From: Ophelia neglecta
Taxonomy: Eukaryota
Reading direction: 5' to 3'
Assembly (NCBI GenBank): GCA_965285935.1
Contig: OZ260666.1
Coordinates: 43,152,001 to 43,216,000, forward strand
Length of the DNA stretch: 64,000 nucleotides
In this document: piece by piece, positions 25,901 to 38,372 of the stretch
How positions within the stretch are numbered: the stretch's first letter is position 1
Layout of the letters: each line of letters starts with the position of its first letter
Program-made: the position numbers and the translations under genes
Notes under the pieces: model-generated
Told to the model about the DNA's origin: nothing
Databases searched by the model: none
The model's input: only the letters and a program-made list of their open reading frames with translations

Positions 25901-28900
25901 TGTGTTAGTCTTGGTGTAGTAATGAACACAAATTAAACCTGCCATACAGAGATTATATACACACTGACAACAATTAATAACTGGAGTGCACAGCTGTACA
26001 TTGAGACTTGTTCTTTTTTCCATTACTAGTTTATGATATTGACCCTGTACACAAGACTTTCACCATCTCATTGTGTGTGTTTTGTCCATTTTTGCGTCCT
26101 CAGGACATCAACAACATCGACGTCAGCACTCGCAAGGGAACATGACTGTTGACAGCCACAGTTCTGGAGGAGTAGCTCATCTAGCCGGTTTGTCTATTTT
26201 GCCCACCCTCCTGCTTTAGACTAGTAAACTGTCTGTTCTCTGGGCTATACTGTCTGGATGGGTCTCTAACCCTCTGTTCCCGTGGGCATATTCGCTGGGG
26301 TATAACCTCTCCCTATTATATATACCACATAGCACACCAGACTGCAGTAAAGCTAACTTTACTTTATTTTTCCATCTGTTCCATTAGGGACTCATAACAT
26401 AAAATGGGGAAATAGATGGATATTAACTTTAGCAATATGACTATCTAAAATTATCATTGAGCCCATCTTATCAATAGTTGACTAACCAAAACCATCCTGG
26501 AGGCCATCTTATCAGTAGTTGGACTATCCAAAACCATCCTGGAGGCCATCTTATCAGTAGTTGGACTATCCAAAACCATCCTGGAGGCCATCTTATCAGT
26601 AGTTGGACTATCCAAAACCAATCCAAAACCATCCTGGAGGCCATCTTATCAGTACTTGGACTATCCAAAACCATCCTGGAGGCCATCTTATCAGTAGTTG
26701 ACTAACCAAAACCATCCTGGAGGCCATCTTATCAGTAGTTGGACTATCCAAAACCATCCTGGAGGCCATCTTATCAGTAGTTGGACTATCCAAAACCAAT
26801 CCAAAACCATCCTGGAGGCCATCTTATCAGTACTTGGACTATCCAAAACCATCCTGGAGGCCATCTTATCAGTAGTTGACTAACCAAAACCATCCTGGAG
26901 GCCATCTTATCAGTACTTGGACTATCCAAAACCATCCTGGAGGCCATCTTATCAGTACTTGGACTATCCAAAACCATCCTGGAGGCCATCTTATCAGTAG
27001 TTTAACTATCAAAGCCCTCCAATGAGGCCATCTTAGCAGAAGGTTGATTATCCTAAACCCTCTGTGAGGCCATCTTATCAGTAGTTTGACTATCCAAACC
27101 CAACATTTAGGCCATCATATCAGTAGCTTGACTATCCTAAAGCCACCTTGAGGCCATCTTATCAGGAGTTTGACTAACCTAACCCACCATTGAGACCATC
27201 TTATCAGTGAGTAGTCTGAAGTATGTAGTAGTATGTCTTAGTCTAGTAACCGTTAATACCCTTGGTAGAAAGTAGTCCCAGTATTAAATTTACAACTAGA
27301 ACATACAATACTTTCTCCTAATAACTTCTTAGCCTTTAAGCTAACAAAAACAGAACTAATCAAATTTTGAGATATTTTTGTTGTCATACTGCCAGAAGAA
27401 ATAATTACAGGAGCCATCCTTTGAGCTGGAGTCTCGACAGGGTGTCAAGCTCAGCCTTATCTGAAATGGTCAATTTGTCTGTCCTGACAATTTCTCTTAT
27501 TGGTTTCCTACTTTGCCTACATGTACTCGTGTTACTGTGACTAAGGCGTATTTGTTTGCTATAACCATTTTGCTGCTATTCTTTTTCAGGTACACAAATC
27601 ATTTGTACCCGAGACTGCTGAGTGCAATAATAACTTTGTAGTTTGTTTCTTTTAAAGAACTGACATTTTTTCTCTAGATGAGGCAGTGTTGGAACTTGAC
27701 CGTCAGCAGTATAAACGACACTACCAGGCAGTTGTAGCTCAGCAGGGGGAGCCAGGAGGTATGACCTTGTCATGGCTTCCAGCTTGTTACCCATACCCAG
27801 CTTGTTACTAACACAGGCTGGCCTATTCCTAACACAGGCTGGCCTAGTCCTAACACAGGCTGGCCTAGTCCTAACACATACTGGCCTACTCCTAACACAG
27901 ACTGTCATAGTCCTAACCCAAGGCTGGCGTACTCCTAACACATACATACTGCCCTAATTCTAAGAGAGACTGGCCTATTCCTTAAACGGGCTGGCCTAGT
28001 CCTAACCCAAGGCTGGCCTAGTCCCAACACAGACTGGCTTAGTCCCAACACAGGCTAGTCCTAACACATACTGCCCTAGTCTGCCCTAGTTCTAAGAGAG
28101 ACTGGCCCAGTCCTTACACAGGCTGGCCTAGTCCCAACACAAGCTGGCCTAGTCCCAACACTGGCTGGCCTAGTCCCAACACAGGCTGGCCTAGTCCTAA
28201 CACTGGCTGGCCTAGTCCCAACACAGGCTGGCCTAGTCCTAACACAGGCTGGCCTAGTCCCAACACAGGCTGGCCTAGTCCCAACACAGGCTGGCCTAAT
28301 CCTAGAACACACTAGCCAAATGCTAACTGTTTATAGTCTATATGATAGGACTGGCCTTGTCTAACGGAGACATGCCTAGTCCTAACACAGACTTGCCCAG
28401 TACCATGCTCTAGCTAATACAGGCTGTGTTCCTGATACATGTACCTCATACATGTACAGAGCATGTAGCAATACACAGTGTAACAATAACATTATAATGA
28501 GCCCAAATCAAATGGAAATAATCTCCTGTATCAGTATTTGTAATCATGTGTACAGGAGATTGATAACCAAATGTAGTTAAGGCTTCCTGTATACGATTGC
28601 TGCCCCTTTATGGTCACTTATCATGATGCAGGTGACCAAGGGAGTCAGGAAAAAGTTTTAAGCAGGCACTTTGATTTTATGAATTTGTGCTTCTAAATGT
28701 GTCTGTTTTTATTTTCATAAGTTGAACCTGTTGGCCCCTGCTATGAGGCACACTGGATGGCTGGGCTCAGTATACATGGTAGTCAGCAGGTCCAAATGCT
28801 GTAATCTGTCCAGAGGTCCTACAACTACATGCTAAAACTGCCATTCTGGTCAATTTGTCAAGGATGCTAAAGTTTTTTTTTCTTGAGAAATAAATGTTCA

Positions 28901-31900
28901 CCAAAGCACATTCAGTTTATAAACACACACAGTTATGTACACTTGTTATTTGATCTGAAGAAAACACATCTGTTTGTTATGACAAATACACTCATGTGCA
29001 CATATTATTTGATCAGACATAAAAACCACAACTTCTGTTTTGTTGTGAACCAGAGAGAACACTACATCGTGTTCTCCCCTGACAGCCTTGTTATATGTTC
29101 TCCTCAGCAACTCTTGCCAAGCTCAGTTTAGTAGTAGCAAACAAGTCTGTGTATTAACTGTTTGTCATTGTACTACTTAGACATCTGTCCATGCTGTTTG
29201 AACTCCTTCATATATACACACCATGTCACCTGATAACACCACTATGTAGTACTCCAAGGTCTCTCACATTAATAAAGGGCTTTCTATAACTTTTCAGAAA
29301 TTGTTTACAAACACACATGATGAGCGTAGAAGATGAGAATGTTGCTAGATGTTCAATTGCATGCAAGCAGTATATGATTTACTTTTTCATAGACACACTA
29401 GGGAGCAGCAAGTCCCACCAGTACAGCGCTGCCAAGCGTATGCAGAAGGTGATTGGATCTGGTGGAGAGGCCTATAGTAATAAGCGTCCGGCGTCTGCAC
29501 CGAAGGCTCAGACCTCTCACAGCCAGAGCAGGGCGAGCCAGGATATGTGGATTGACAATGCTCTTGAGTCACTGGAGCGCGAGTCTGCCGCTCAGAGTAG
29601 CTCTAGAATGGCGACACAAGAAGGCACCACTCAATTCTCAAACAGAGCCGATGGAGCATCTGGTGTCATGGAAACAGAAGTGGAAACTTACGACTGCTAC
29701 ATAGACCCACAGCAGGGCTTGAACCCAGCAGGGCACGAAACCTATGACATAGGGGTCGTAACTAGCTCAGGAGACATGATAACTAGGTCAGGGCCCACCG
29801 TGTCCTCCTCGGGCAAATCTCAGGAGACTGCCTTCAATTTTGACAGCCCAGGGGAGGCTAGTAGAACAGATACATACCAAGCCAACATGAAGGAGAGGAC
29901 AGGCCTGGATCAGTATGTGGGCTTTGAGGACGGTGGTGAGAAAGTTTATATGTATCTGCAAGCTCCATATTGGTTTATCTAACAACTATCAGCTGAAACT
30001 ACTGAGTTCCCACATCTACTAGCATCTTGAACAGTTACTGGCGATGATAACAAGACTGAAATATAGCATGGTGTGTTTGGACAGACACCAGGATTTGTCA
30101 AGTTTTATGTCTTAAGTGTAAGGTGCATTTGAAGGAGATCAGACCAACCCCAGTGCAACTCCTAAAAGTATAAACTACCTACACTGTATAGGAAAATAAT
30201 CAAGTGGCGCTGTGTGAATGAAAGCTTTGCTCCTGATATTGTGTTGCTGACTTGATGCTAATCTTTATATTAAGAATATTAAGTAATCAATTCATTTTTT
30301 ATGCAGTGAGTGCTCTAAAAGATGTAACCAAATGTTAACAATTCTTACTTAGACCCCAACATTTTTTATATCATTTTAACTCCCCAAACTTGGATACAAC
30401 AATTTATATAATTTTTACTTTAAATTAACAAACTTTCATTTGGATCATTCGGCCTATTACGGTTTCCAGTGTGCTTTCAGTGTTACAACATGGTCTTTTG
30501 TGAGGAGTCTGACAAATTGTCTTCATATTACCTATTAACATGTGTACTTTTTTTACAGATAAAAATAGCTCCTGTTTGGAAAATCTTTTTATGTTTCAGG
30601 AAACTCATTTTTTCTTTGAAGGATTAACCAGAATATTGCAATATTATTTCAAGTAAACTCACATATTATTTGTACGGCTACGTTTTTCCATTGTCTCCTT
30701 ATCATTATCCTAGATTCTCAATAATAATGATGTGGTAAGGATGTCTTCCTGTGTGTCAGTAACTGTCTCTCTCACCTTCCACGTTGCATGTTTTCCTGAA
30801 CATGAAGTAGAGTGATTGTAGCAGTCAGTGTTTGTCAACCTGTCATTTGATTTTTACAATTTTGTTTATCATTCAGAGTCCCCTGAGCAGGAGACATTTG
30901 ATACAGTCGGTTATGAAGGTAGGCTCAGCTAGCTGGAATGGCCAGTGGACTCCTTTAAGCTTTCATCCCTCCGCAATCATTCTTTGGTTTTCTCTAAATG
31001 TCCTTGTGTTCTCTTATAAACACTGTTATGGTATTAGTAGACTAAACCACGGAGCTGTTTGTACCATGACATTATTCACCCACTGCATCATTCTTCTCTG
31101 AGAACAGGAGTGTCAGTGTTATAGAACCAAGGATTTTTCCAGCTGTGTTATTCTTGTAATAAACAATAAAATTGACGTTTACTGCATTGATAACCATGCT
31201 CGTCTTAGGCTTGTACTAAACACCATAGAAAACGGATTGCTGAGATATTTTTTATTCAAGTATTTCCGGTGTGATGATGCATGGTAGTACTCATAGTAGT
31301 TAGCTCTAGTGGAGCTTCATTTCAATAAGAATATAAAGTTGGGAAATATTTAAATTTAAGTTAATTGTATATTAAGTAGATTAGATGTTTTTCTTTGTCT
31401 TTGAGTTGGCAAGTGTGAAATGATAATCTGTTATTTGAATGACTTGCATGATACGAGGAACATATTGTAACTACATGATAAATTAACTTGACAATATTTC
31501 ATTCGCTAGAAGCCTTATTGATTTGATGTAGTTGTTGGCTATATTACTGAACTATTAAACAGTTAAGAAGTGTATGATCTATTGATTAGTGGTAGTAATC
31601 TATGGGTTGTTATGGTTGTTAATTACATGCTCTGATTATATTAATGATACAAAGCATTCCTTAAAAGCTCCGACCTTAGGTCATTTGATGACTTCCTACA
31701 TGTTGATCCACAGACATATAGATGCTCCAGTGATTAAATTCATTAATACAGTGGTTTATATTCAGTTTCAGTTGATGGTGGCTACTGACTACTCGATGGT
31801 TATTTGACTAGTGTCCATGAAATGATTTAAGCAGGGTTGAACTGATTTAGATATGATTTGAGCAGATTGACCAAATTGAGATATGATTTGAGCAGAGTTG

Positions 31901-34900
31901 TCCCGATTGTGATATGATTTGAGCAGGGTTGACCTGGTTGTATTTTTGTTTACAGATCCAGTAGATGTGGACACGGTGGACGGAGCCGTGCCGAGTTCTG
32001 CTGCACAGCTTCTGGCTCAAGGAGCAGGTAGGTCATTCTTCTCTCAGCCCAAACATAACAGCTCTACTAGGATATTGTTGTCATCTATGTCAAGTTTGAT
32101 TCTATTGATCTGTTGATTTGCTGTCAAGACAGTTTGTTAAGTAATGCAGTGACTAAGATGCTGTCCATCACAGATTGGTGTCAGGATAGAAGAGCTGATT
32201 GTATTGTTGTTTTGCAGCCTGTAATGTGTTGTTCCTGTCCAGTGTTGACATGGAGAGTCTGACGGGACCTGAGGCAGTGGCCAAGGCAGTCAAAGATACG
32301 TTTGACAACCCGCTATCTAGCAAGACCACCGTCGTCCACTTCAAGGTGTCCTCGCAGGGAATCACCCTCACCGACAACAAGAGGAAGTAAGTAGTATTTG
32401 GACAAACACCCTTTCTGTTGTTTAAGGGTATTAATGGGAATTAATGACAATTAGTCTGAAGTGCATATGATCTTGTATATAATGAAATTTGTTATGATAT
32501 GCAATCATACATTTTAGGTTGTTTTTCCGTCGTCATTACCCTGTGAACTCTGTGACTTACTGTGGGATGGATCCGGAAGATAGAAGGTTAGTGACTCGCA
32601 ATGTCTGTACAACTATTGGGCCAGTCAAAAACAACTTTAGTCAGGTGTATTTCTCTGAATGCCACTTAATTCAGACCTCTCAGTTATCATTTTCTTGCTA
32701 TACTATGTACTGTAATGTTGTCATTAATAACCCCCCTCACCCTTTCCTTGCCTGGAGTTTTGAGGTACAACCAAGGAATCAAAGGTCAATTATAAAGAAT
32801 TATATGTTTTCCTTTTTGCACTGCAGAATTCATCAAGCTGTGAAGAATAAATATGGCTCATTATTTAAAGAAAATACAGTTCTGTGGTCTTGTGCAAAGA
32901 GATGTTCTTAAACTTCTACCTAAAGTGTCTTTTGCAGAGATTATACAAAGAGTATCATAATCATCTTTAAAACTTTATGTGTGTCATATGAAATTATTAA
33001 GTGGCTAGTACTGAGAGCCACCCAAATACAATGTTTGTAAACAGTTACCATGCAAATGGCTGTAACTTTTTGGAAGCAAGGCCGTCAAACCAGAAGTAAC
33101 TTGAATATCTACCTTTTTACATTGTTGATTGATTTGAAGTGGAACTGATAGCAATCTACTCCCAGTTGGTAGATTTGCTAAATTTTTTGATGGTTCCAAG
33201 TGCCATCGAACCTGATTAGTTAATGATTTTATAGACTATTGGGTACCTTGGAAGCCGAGGTGATGCCTTAAGATTAGCACACAACCATCTTTGATAGTTA
33301 TACTGCAGGAAATGGTTAACTCTGCTACGAAAAGAAAATTGTTGGTGTGTAAGTGGTTGTTATCAATTGCAAGGTGACTTTTAAATACATGTAGCTTACA
33401 TATTATAACTTTAGTGAACTGTTTATACAAATGTTATCAGAGCTGAATGCTGTTTCAACTCTTGAATGGTACATAATGCACACAAATATTCAGGTCCACC
33501 TTCCAGAATCTTCTACAGAAAGTCTCAATTATTTTTATCACCTGTTTTTCTTGACACTTGCTGATGAATTATGCCATAAAACACCTCATGTCATGTATGC
33601 TCTGGTTAACATTGACAACATTATTCTAACTTCTCATAAACAAGTTGTCGAAAAAAAGGTTGTATATGATTAATTTTCCCATAATTGTATCATTTGGAAT
33701 GACTAACTTTTGGCCAATTACCAGAAATATTCGACTTCATAACAGCAAGCACCGGAGGTGCATGACAGCACAGCACACTCTCATAACAAAATCTTTCAGC
33801 ATGGAACCGATTTTTAATCTTTAAATTCTTTAAAGAATTAAAAGGCTGACCAATATTAATTAAGAGCTAAGGATTGATATCCCTTTGTTTTCTCTGATGG
33901 CCACATCAAGAGGTTCATCTATGGCATGCCATTTATACATTACTATATTTTGTTTGCAGTGATTATGTTATAATTTCAGAATTTCAACTGAAATTATACC
34001 TCTTTTTACTTTACTGTAGGTGGTCTCAGGCCAATGAGGAGTCGGGTGTGCCCATGAATGCAAAGTGAGTTGAAGAGAGGAGGCCATCTTTTTCGACCTC
34101 TCCTGCATGCCATCAACCAACCCTACATTTTCCTGGCTAGTTCTGGTCATTTTGATACCTTAAATCATTGTTTTTTCCCCAGAGGACTTTAAACCCTTGC
34201 ACATATTTATATTTTTTAAACCATGTGTACCGGTCTTTGGTAATACACTGCTATAATAGGATTGGTTATTTTGCATCATCACATGCATATCATTAATTAA
34301 GGTCTTAATTTGAAATTTGAAAGGCAATAATAAATCAAGAAATCATAGCATGCAACTACCTTTTAGTGGGATGATGTACATGTATAAAATACTGTTTGAG
34401 CAGAGATATAGACATCTGCTATTTGCTGGCCTGAATTGCTAAATAGAACCAGTTTTTTAAACTTGATTGAGATTGCAAAATGCAAATTGGGATAATTACA
34501 GAGCCCTTTTTTTTGGGGGGGGGGGAGTTATCAATCTAATTAGCCTCATGCACTAATTCGAACTGTCTGATTATTTTGAGGCACATCTTGTGATGTTGAC
34601 ATTCACTCCTGTCATTTTGAACCATACCGTCTTTGCATGTCAATGTACAAGGGGGGGAGGGGGGATATTTTTTATCTGGTGCACCTGTTGAATGGCTGGT
34701 ATGTTTCAGGATATTTGGGTTTGTAGCTGAGAGGTAGGCTGTATATTATAGCAGCATGTTCCTTGCTATTCTATAGAGGTGCTATAATGATAATGGAACC
34801 ATAAGTGCATTGCAGGCCTCTTTACCTATATATGTCAGCAATTTCTTCAAATCTGCATTTTTTAAATCCTGTCACCTTTCCTTTTTCTTGCTGAGCCCAT

Positions 34901-35511
34901 CGATAAATGTGAAATGATTCTCTCCAAATGTGTGGCTTTATTCTATATATTTTTGTTGTTTTATTAGTCACATTTTATGTTAAATTACATTCTTTGTACC
35001 CATGTATGTTAACAATATTTATGTTATTGCTTGAGAGCCAAACACTTTGCCTGAATTCAACAGTCTGTCTTTCAATCTATTTGCTTCATTATTAATTTTG
35101 TTAAATATAAGATTATGCCATTAATATAATGAACTGCATGCAGCTACATGTATACTCTTGTTTGCCATACAAGTTTTCAAAACATATTTGATTGGATCAA
35201 GAGTTTACTTTAAGAAGGGTTAGATGTGTGCTCATTTGGATGAACTCTGGCTTGTTGGGTTACTATTTACATGTACATGTGTATTAATGTGCAGCATTTG
35301 TCCTAATGGAGTTATTTTCATGACCTTTATTACACAACAGTAACTTACTCTTTTTTTTAGGGTGTTTGGTTTTGTGGCAAGAAAGCAGGGAAGCACCACC
35401 GACAACGCATGCCATCTGTTCGCTGAGCTTGATCCTGATCAGCCAGCCACAGCCATTGTCAACTTTGTGACAAAGGTTATGATTGGCCAAGGCAGGATGA
35501 TGAGGTCATAG
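1881..35511 (+). CDS. TNS: Tensin (central region + SH2 + PTB); N-terminal PTP/C2 exons not seen in this window
   Basis: Exons 1881-1997, 2404-2655, 3010-4470, 5734-5852, 6134-6314, 8210-8275, 9176-9469, 10473-10573, 10994-11382, 11625-11751, 12027-12170, 12391-12494, 13022-13167, 23320-23406, 24594-24812, 25215-25292, 31956-32027, 32218-32386, 32518-32586, 34020-34064, 35361-35511. All are GT-AG, phase-compatible and in one frame to TAG at 35509-35511. Tensin signatures: [100 protein letters not shown]. Confidence 0.95.
2404..2655 (+). CDS. TNS: Tensin exon ([16 protein letters not shown] motif)
   Basis: ttccag| ... |gttggg; matches the tensin HTQGPxDGSLYA motif. Confidence 0.88.
3010..4470 (+). 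CDS. TNS: Tensin large central exon (Ser/Pro-rich, short coiled-coil-like segment)
   Basis: 1461-nt open exon inside ORF 2961-4508, ttttcag| ... |gtaaac, phase 1-1. Confidence 0.9.
7927..8064. mobile_element. Tc1/mariner-type MITE
   Basis: TA|cagttgaacccctcatgagagaccac ... gtggtcttacatcaggggttccactg|TA: terminal inverted repeats with TA duplication. Confidence 0.75.
9176..9469 (+). CDS. TNS: Tensin central-region exon
   Basis: cacag| ... |gtttgc, 294 nt, phase 1-1, coding-like GC content. Confidence 0.75.
10545..10865 (+). repeat. Tandem repeat (~43-53 bp) built from an exon end and its splice donor
   Basis: About 7 copies of (c)aggcct...gggtaagttactgtgtgttct. Confidence 0.8.
10994..11382 (+). 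CDS. TNS: Tensin exon with GTGTLQSH repeats
   Basis: tttcag|ATG ... GG|gtcagt; internal 24-nt coding repeat. Confidence 0.8.
14902..15595. repeat. 13-bp G/T-rich minisatellite (GTGGGTTGTCAGG and variants)
   Basis: Directly visible tandem array, degenerate at the 3' end, interrupted at 15032-15117. Confidence 0.95.
15032..15117. repeat. Perfect 86-bp palindrome (probable foldback/MITE insertion)
   Basis: cataggctgtcgttatctggtacggcccctgtgtactaccaat is followed immediately by its exact reverse complement. Confidence 0.95.
15595..15735. repeat. 39-bp tandem repeat, ~3.5 copies
   Basis: Unit catgggtagtgtgtgttggttgtgggcgtgggtttggta. Confidence 0.9.
21627..21687 (+). CDS. Candidate alternative initiating exon for a short SH2-PTB tensin isoform ([20 protein letters not shown])
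   Basis: ccaacATGG context, in-frame TAA at 21609-21611, donor CAG|GTGAAT in phase 1, matching the SH2 exon acceptor at 23320. Confidence 0.5.
23320..25292 (+). CDS. TNS: Tensin SH2 domain exons (23320-23406, 24594-24812, 25215-25292)
   Basis: [42 protein letters not shown]...[49 protein letters not shown]. Confidence 0.95.
24233..24540. mobile_element. TTAA-flanked (piggyBac-like) MITE
   Basis: TTAA|ctctttcactgctaa ... ttggcagtgaaacag|TTAA, with an extra internal copy of the right end at ~24491. Confidence 0.6.
26104..26187 (+). CDS. Candidate tensin cassette exon 1 in the SH2-PTB linker
   Basis: Pyrimidine-rich cctcag| ... |gtttgt, 84 nt, phase 1-1, open ([28 protein letters not shown]). 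Confidence 0.6.
26463..27208. repeat. 42-bp minisatellite with higher-order variants
   Basis: Unit ccaaaaccatcctggaggccatcttatcagtagttggactat; near-identical copies to ~27000, then diverged copies. Confidence 0.95.
27678..27758 (+). CDS. Candidate tensin cassette exon 2 in the SH2-PTB linker
   Basis: tttttctctag| ... |gtatga, 81 nt, phase 1-1, open ([27 protein letters not shown]). Confidence 0.6.
27808..28400. repeat. 21-bp minisatellite
   Basis: Unit ctaacacaggctggcctagtc and variants. Confidence 0.95.
29393..29935 (+). CDS. Candidate tensin cassette exon 3 in the SH2-PTB linker
   Basis: tttttcatag| ... |gtgaga, 543 nt, phase 1-1, inside ORF 29317-29982, coding-like composition. Confidence 0.75.
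30877..30918 (+). CDS. Candidate tensin cassette exon 4 in the SH2-PTB linker
   Basis: attcag| ... |gtaggc, 42 nt, phase 1-1 ([14 protein letters not shown]). Confidence 0.55.
31826..31935. repeat. ~31-bp degenerate tandem repeat, 3-4 copies
   Basis: gatatgatttgagcag(g/a)gttg.. recurs just upstream of the acceptor at 31956. Confidence 0.7.
31956..35511 (+). CDS. TNS: Tensin PTB domain exons (31956-32027, 32218-32386, 32518-32586, 34020-34064, 35361-35511)
   Basis: [27 protein letters not shown]...[42 protein letters not shown]...[43 protein letters not shown], collinear with the vertebrate tensin PTB. Confidence 0.95.
34710..34737 (+). CDS. Candidate micro-exon or alternative last exon (K)IFGFVAER
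   Basis: gtttcag|g ata ttt ggg ttt gta gct gag ag|gtaggc; phase 2-2; near copy of the start of the last exon (VFGFVARK); read-through gives AGG TAG. Confidence 0.5.
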
Positions 35512-38372
35512 GATTAACTTCCATGAACTATGATATCCAACCAAGATGTGTATCAAAGAACCTCATTGGTCAAGCCATCCCAGCTGTCAAAAACCTCTGC
35601 TCATTATTATCATGGGATAGGTAGAGAGATGCCCAGTGGGAAGCCATATTACAAATTGCTCATGAGAAACTTCCCATGTGATTGGCTGTTTGACCATGCT
35701 GGTCACATGACATTATGGATACTGAATCTTCTACAATGGTGCTGAACATTTGACACTGTGGCTGTTTTGCCTAGGGTGGCGGTGTTTTGGGTGTTACCTC
35801 CATTACTACTTGTATATAGCCTTGCATCTACAGCTAGAGAACCCGGATTTGGATAATTTACTACTTCACTTGTCACAGTTATAGAAGTTGTATACTACAT
35901 GTACTAAATTAACGATAACATACTGTTTGTTATGTAAGGTCACAGACTTACCAGATGTCAGATGTTAGTTCCTGATGCGTAAACCTTACTAGATCTTTGT
36001 CCTTTGACGTAATATAGTAGTACAGCCACAGTCTGTCTGACGTATTGATATAGCTATCGCCATAATAATGAAGAAATAACTTGTTTGTTGGTGTTTTTTT
36101 TTTGCATGAATAAAGATCTTTGTCACTTGAATGTATTCAGGTAACATACACTTCAGTCTGTTTGCGCCTTTGGACATGAGGTATTGTTAAAGCTGTATGC
36201 TGTGTTTGTGGATGAGGAGCCATGAAGGGGCTACCCTGGTGAATCCTCCCCTATTTATTAATCTTCAGCCTGACAAGTATAGTAGGTTGGTGTTATGGAG
36301 TCTATAGTACAGTAATGTTTATTGACAACAAATTTAACAGAAGAAATTGAATGTTAGATTTAAGATAAAAGGTTAGTAAATGTTAACCTTTTATTAATGT
36401 ATAGCAATTGAACTGTTGAGTTGAGCTTCTATAAAAATCTGTAGCAACAATTTAATGAGCCATTAATGAAGTAGAGGTTATATTAACATAGAAATGCCAT
36501 ACTAGATTATTTTAATCCTATTGAACATGTGGGAATACAACGTTGATTGCATGATTGTTTGGATGAGCACCGGTTCACTAAAGGGTCCCATGTAATTAAG
36601 TATATGTCAATCATTTCATGAAATGTATTTCAATATTAAATAGCTTCCAAACCACTTTGAACCAATATCAGAAAGCTCCTATGAAATGTTTTGATCCTGT
36701 TGTCTTGGATACTGTTGCTATGGTGACTTAATACTTGTAATTTAATGTATATTACTCAAAATGACATCTTACGTTTATGAAAATCAATGTAGTCACATAT
36801 GATTTACTGCTGCTCGATTATACAACTATTTTAATGTGTAAATTATCGTTTATAGTGTTCTGCTATGACATTTAGTTGGACGACAGCATCTGGGTCTATT
36901 ACCCAGGTGGTATTTTTAGCTTGGTGTAGTACCTCTAACTCTTGTCACCAGCCTGTTGGTGGGGTTTTTATATTATTGTATTTATGAAAATCACAGCAGA
37001 TTTCTCTATCTTGCATCTGGTGACAGCCCTACTTGCAGACATACATGTACAATGTATTGTGTGGTGTGAAGCAGACTGAAATCTATGTATCTTCAAGCCC
37101 GACGGTGTAGCTATATTAATGTAAACTTTGATAACAGCTGGGTGATCAGCCATATTGGGATATGCTCACTATCCTCATGTCTCCCTTTGCCTTTTACTGT
37201 GATTGTGTAGACCTTGTGTGCTCAGTTAAACCGTCAATCAGACCATTTATACTGAGATCTCCTTCTCCTTGTGCTATCAGAGTAGGACTTTAGTGCTGCT
37301 AGTGAGTCAGCTGTCCATCAATAAATGATGGCATACAAATACTACTGTCACAGATTCGATCTAGCAATAATGTAATTTGTATTACAAATTGTATATATAG
37401 TGATAATAGAAGTAGTTTTCCGACAGAGGAATAAATTCAACAGCTGTCATAAGAGCTTAGCCTAACATTTAGTATGCTGCCTTCAGGGCAGCAAGTATAT
37501 CAAATGCATTTATACTACTCACTAGCTGGGATACCCATCATTGTCATGTATATTAATATTGAATTATATATTTATGTTACCCCAAAAGGGACCCTTGCCT
37601 GTACTTGCACGTATCTTGGTTCATGGTTTCTTGTTTCTTAACATTGTTTTATTATAATTATTATTAGCAAGAACTCATTGTAAAAACTCTACTTTTATAT
37701 CATTGTATAAATATTTCAAAGCAACTTGTACAATATGCATGAATGGTTGTACTTCGCTATACCTCAAAACAGAGCTGCGCCTAAACAACTACTGGCTGTA
37801 TCATCTGGTACAAGTTGTGAGTCATCATAAAATGAATTTACAGATAGGTCAGCCATGGACACTGACTTCAGATGTCGTTAAATGTGCCTTGAACCCAACA
37901 TGACGACTAGCTCCTGGGGTAGGGCCATTCAAATGGTTTGCATCCTAATTTGACCATAAAAATGATTTTGGGTTACAACATGCAAAGTTTTAACTCATAT
38001 AGTATGTATACATATATACACAGATCATTGTAACAGATCAGCATTGTATAAACCTAAATAAAGAGTTCTATACCGCTATGCATTGTAAATGAGAAATGCT
38101 TAGATCTATACCTTGTTGGCCAAACAGAGAGTATCGTCATCTGACAGCTTTAGGCTCCCTTCTCAGGCTGTGCCGATGAGGCGAATCCAGATGCATACAT
38201 CAAAGACACAATGCTATCTAAGCCATTTTATGATGACCCATACGTGTACTACACAGAAGGTTAACTTTGCATGCCTGAACAGTTAAAAGTTACTGGGATT
38301 GTTACTTATTCTTTTTTGATCAATTAATATAACTGTAACTGGTCGACTCTTTGAAACTTGTTCACGAATAAA
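35512..38372 (+). other. Putative tensin 3' UTR with several AATAAA signals
   Basis: AATAAA at 36109, 37320, 37430, 38057 and 38367, with no further coding-like exons. The true end is unknown. Confidence 0.4.

Noticed and set aside
26463-27208. CRISPR-like regular repeats
   Set aside because: Units are contiguous with no unique spacers, there are no cas genes, and the context is a eukaryotic intron. It is a minisatellite.
26471-28312. Several repetitive ORFs in the ORF track
   Set aside because: They are translations of the 42-bp and 21-bp tandem repeats, without splice or homology support.
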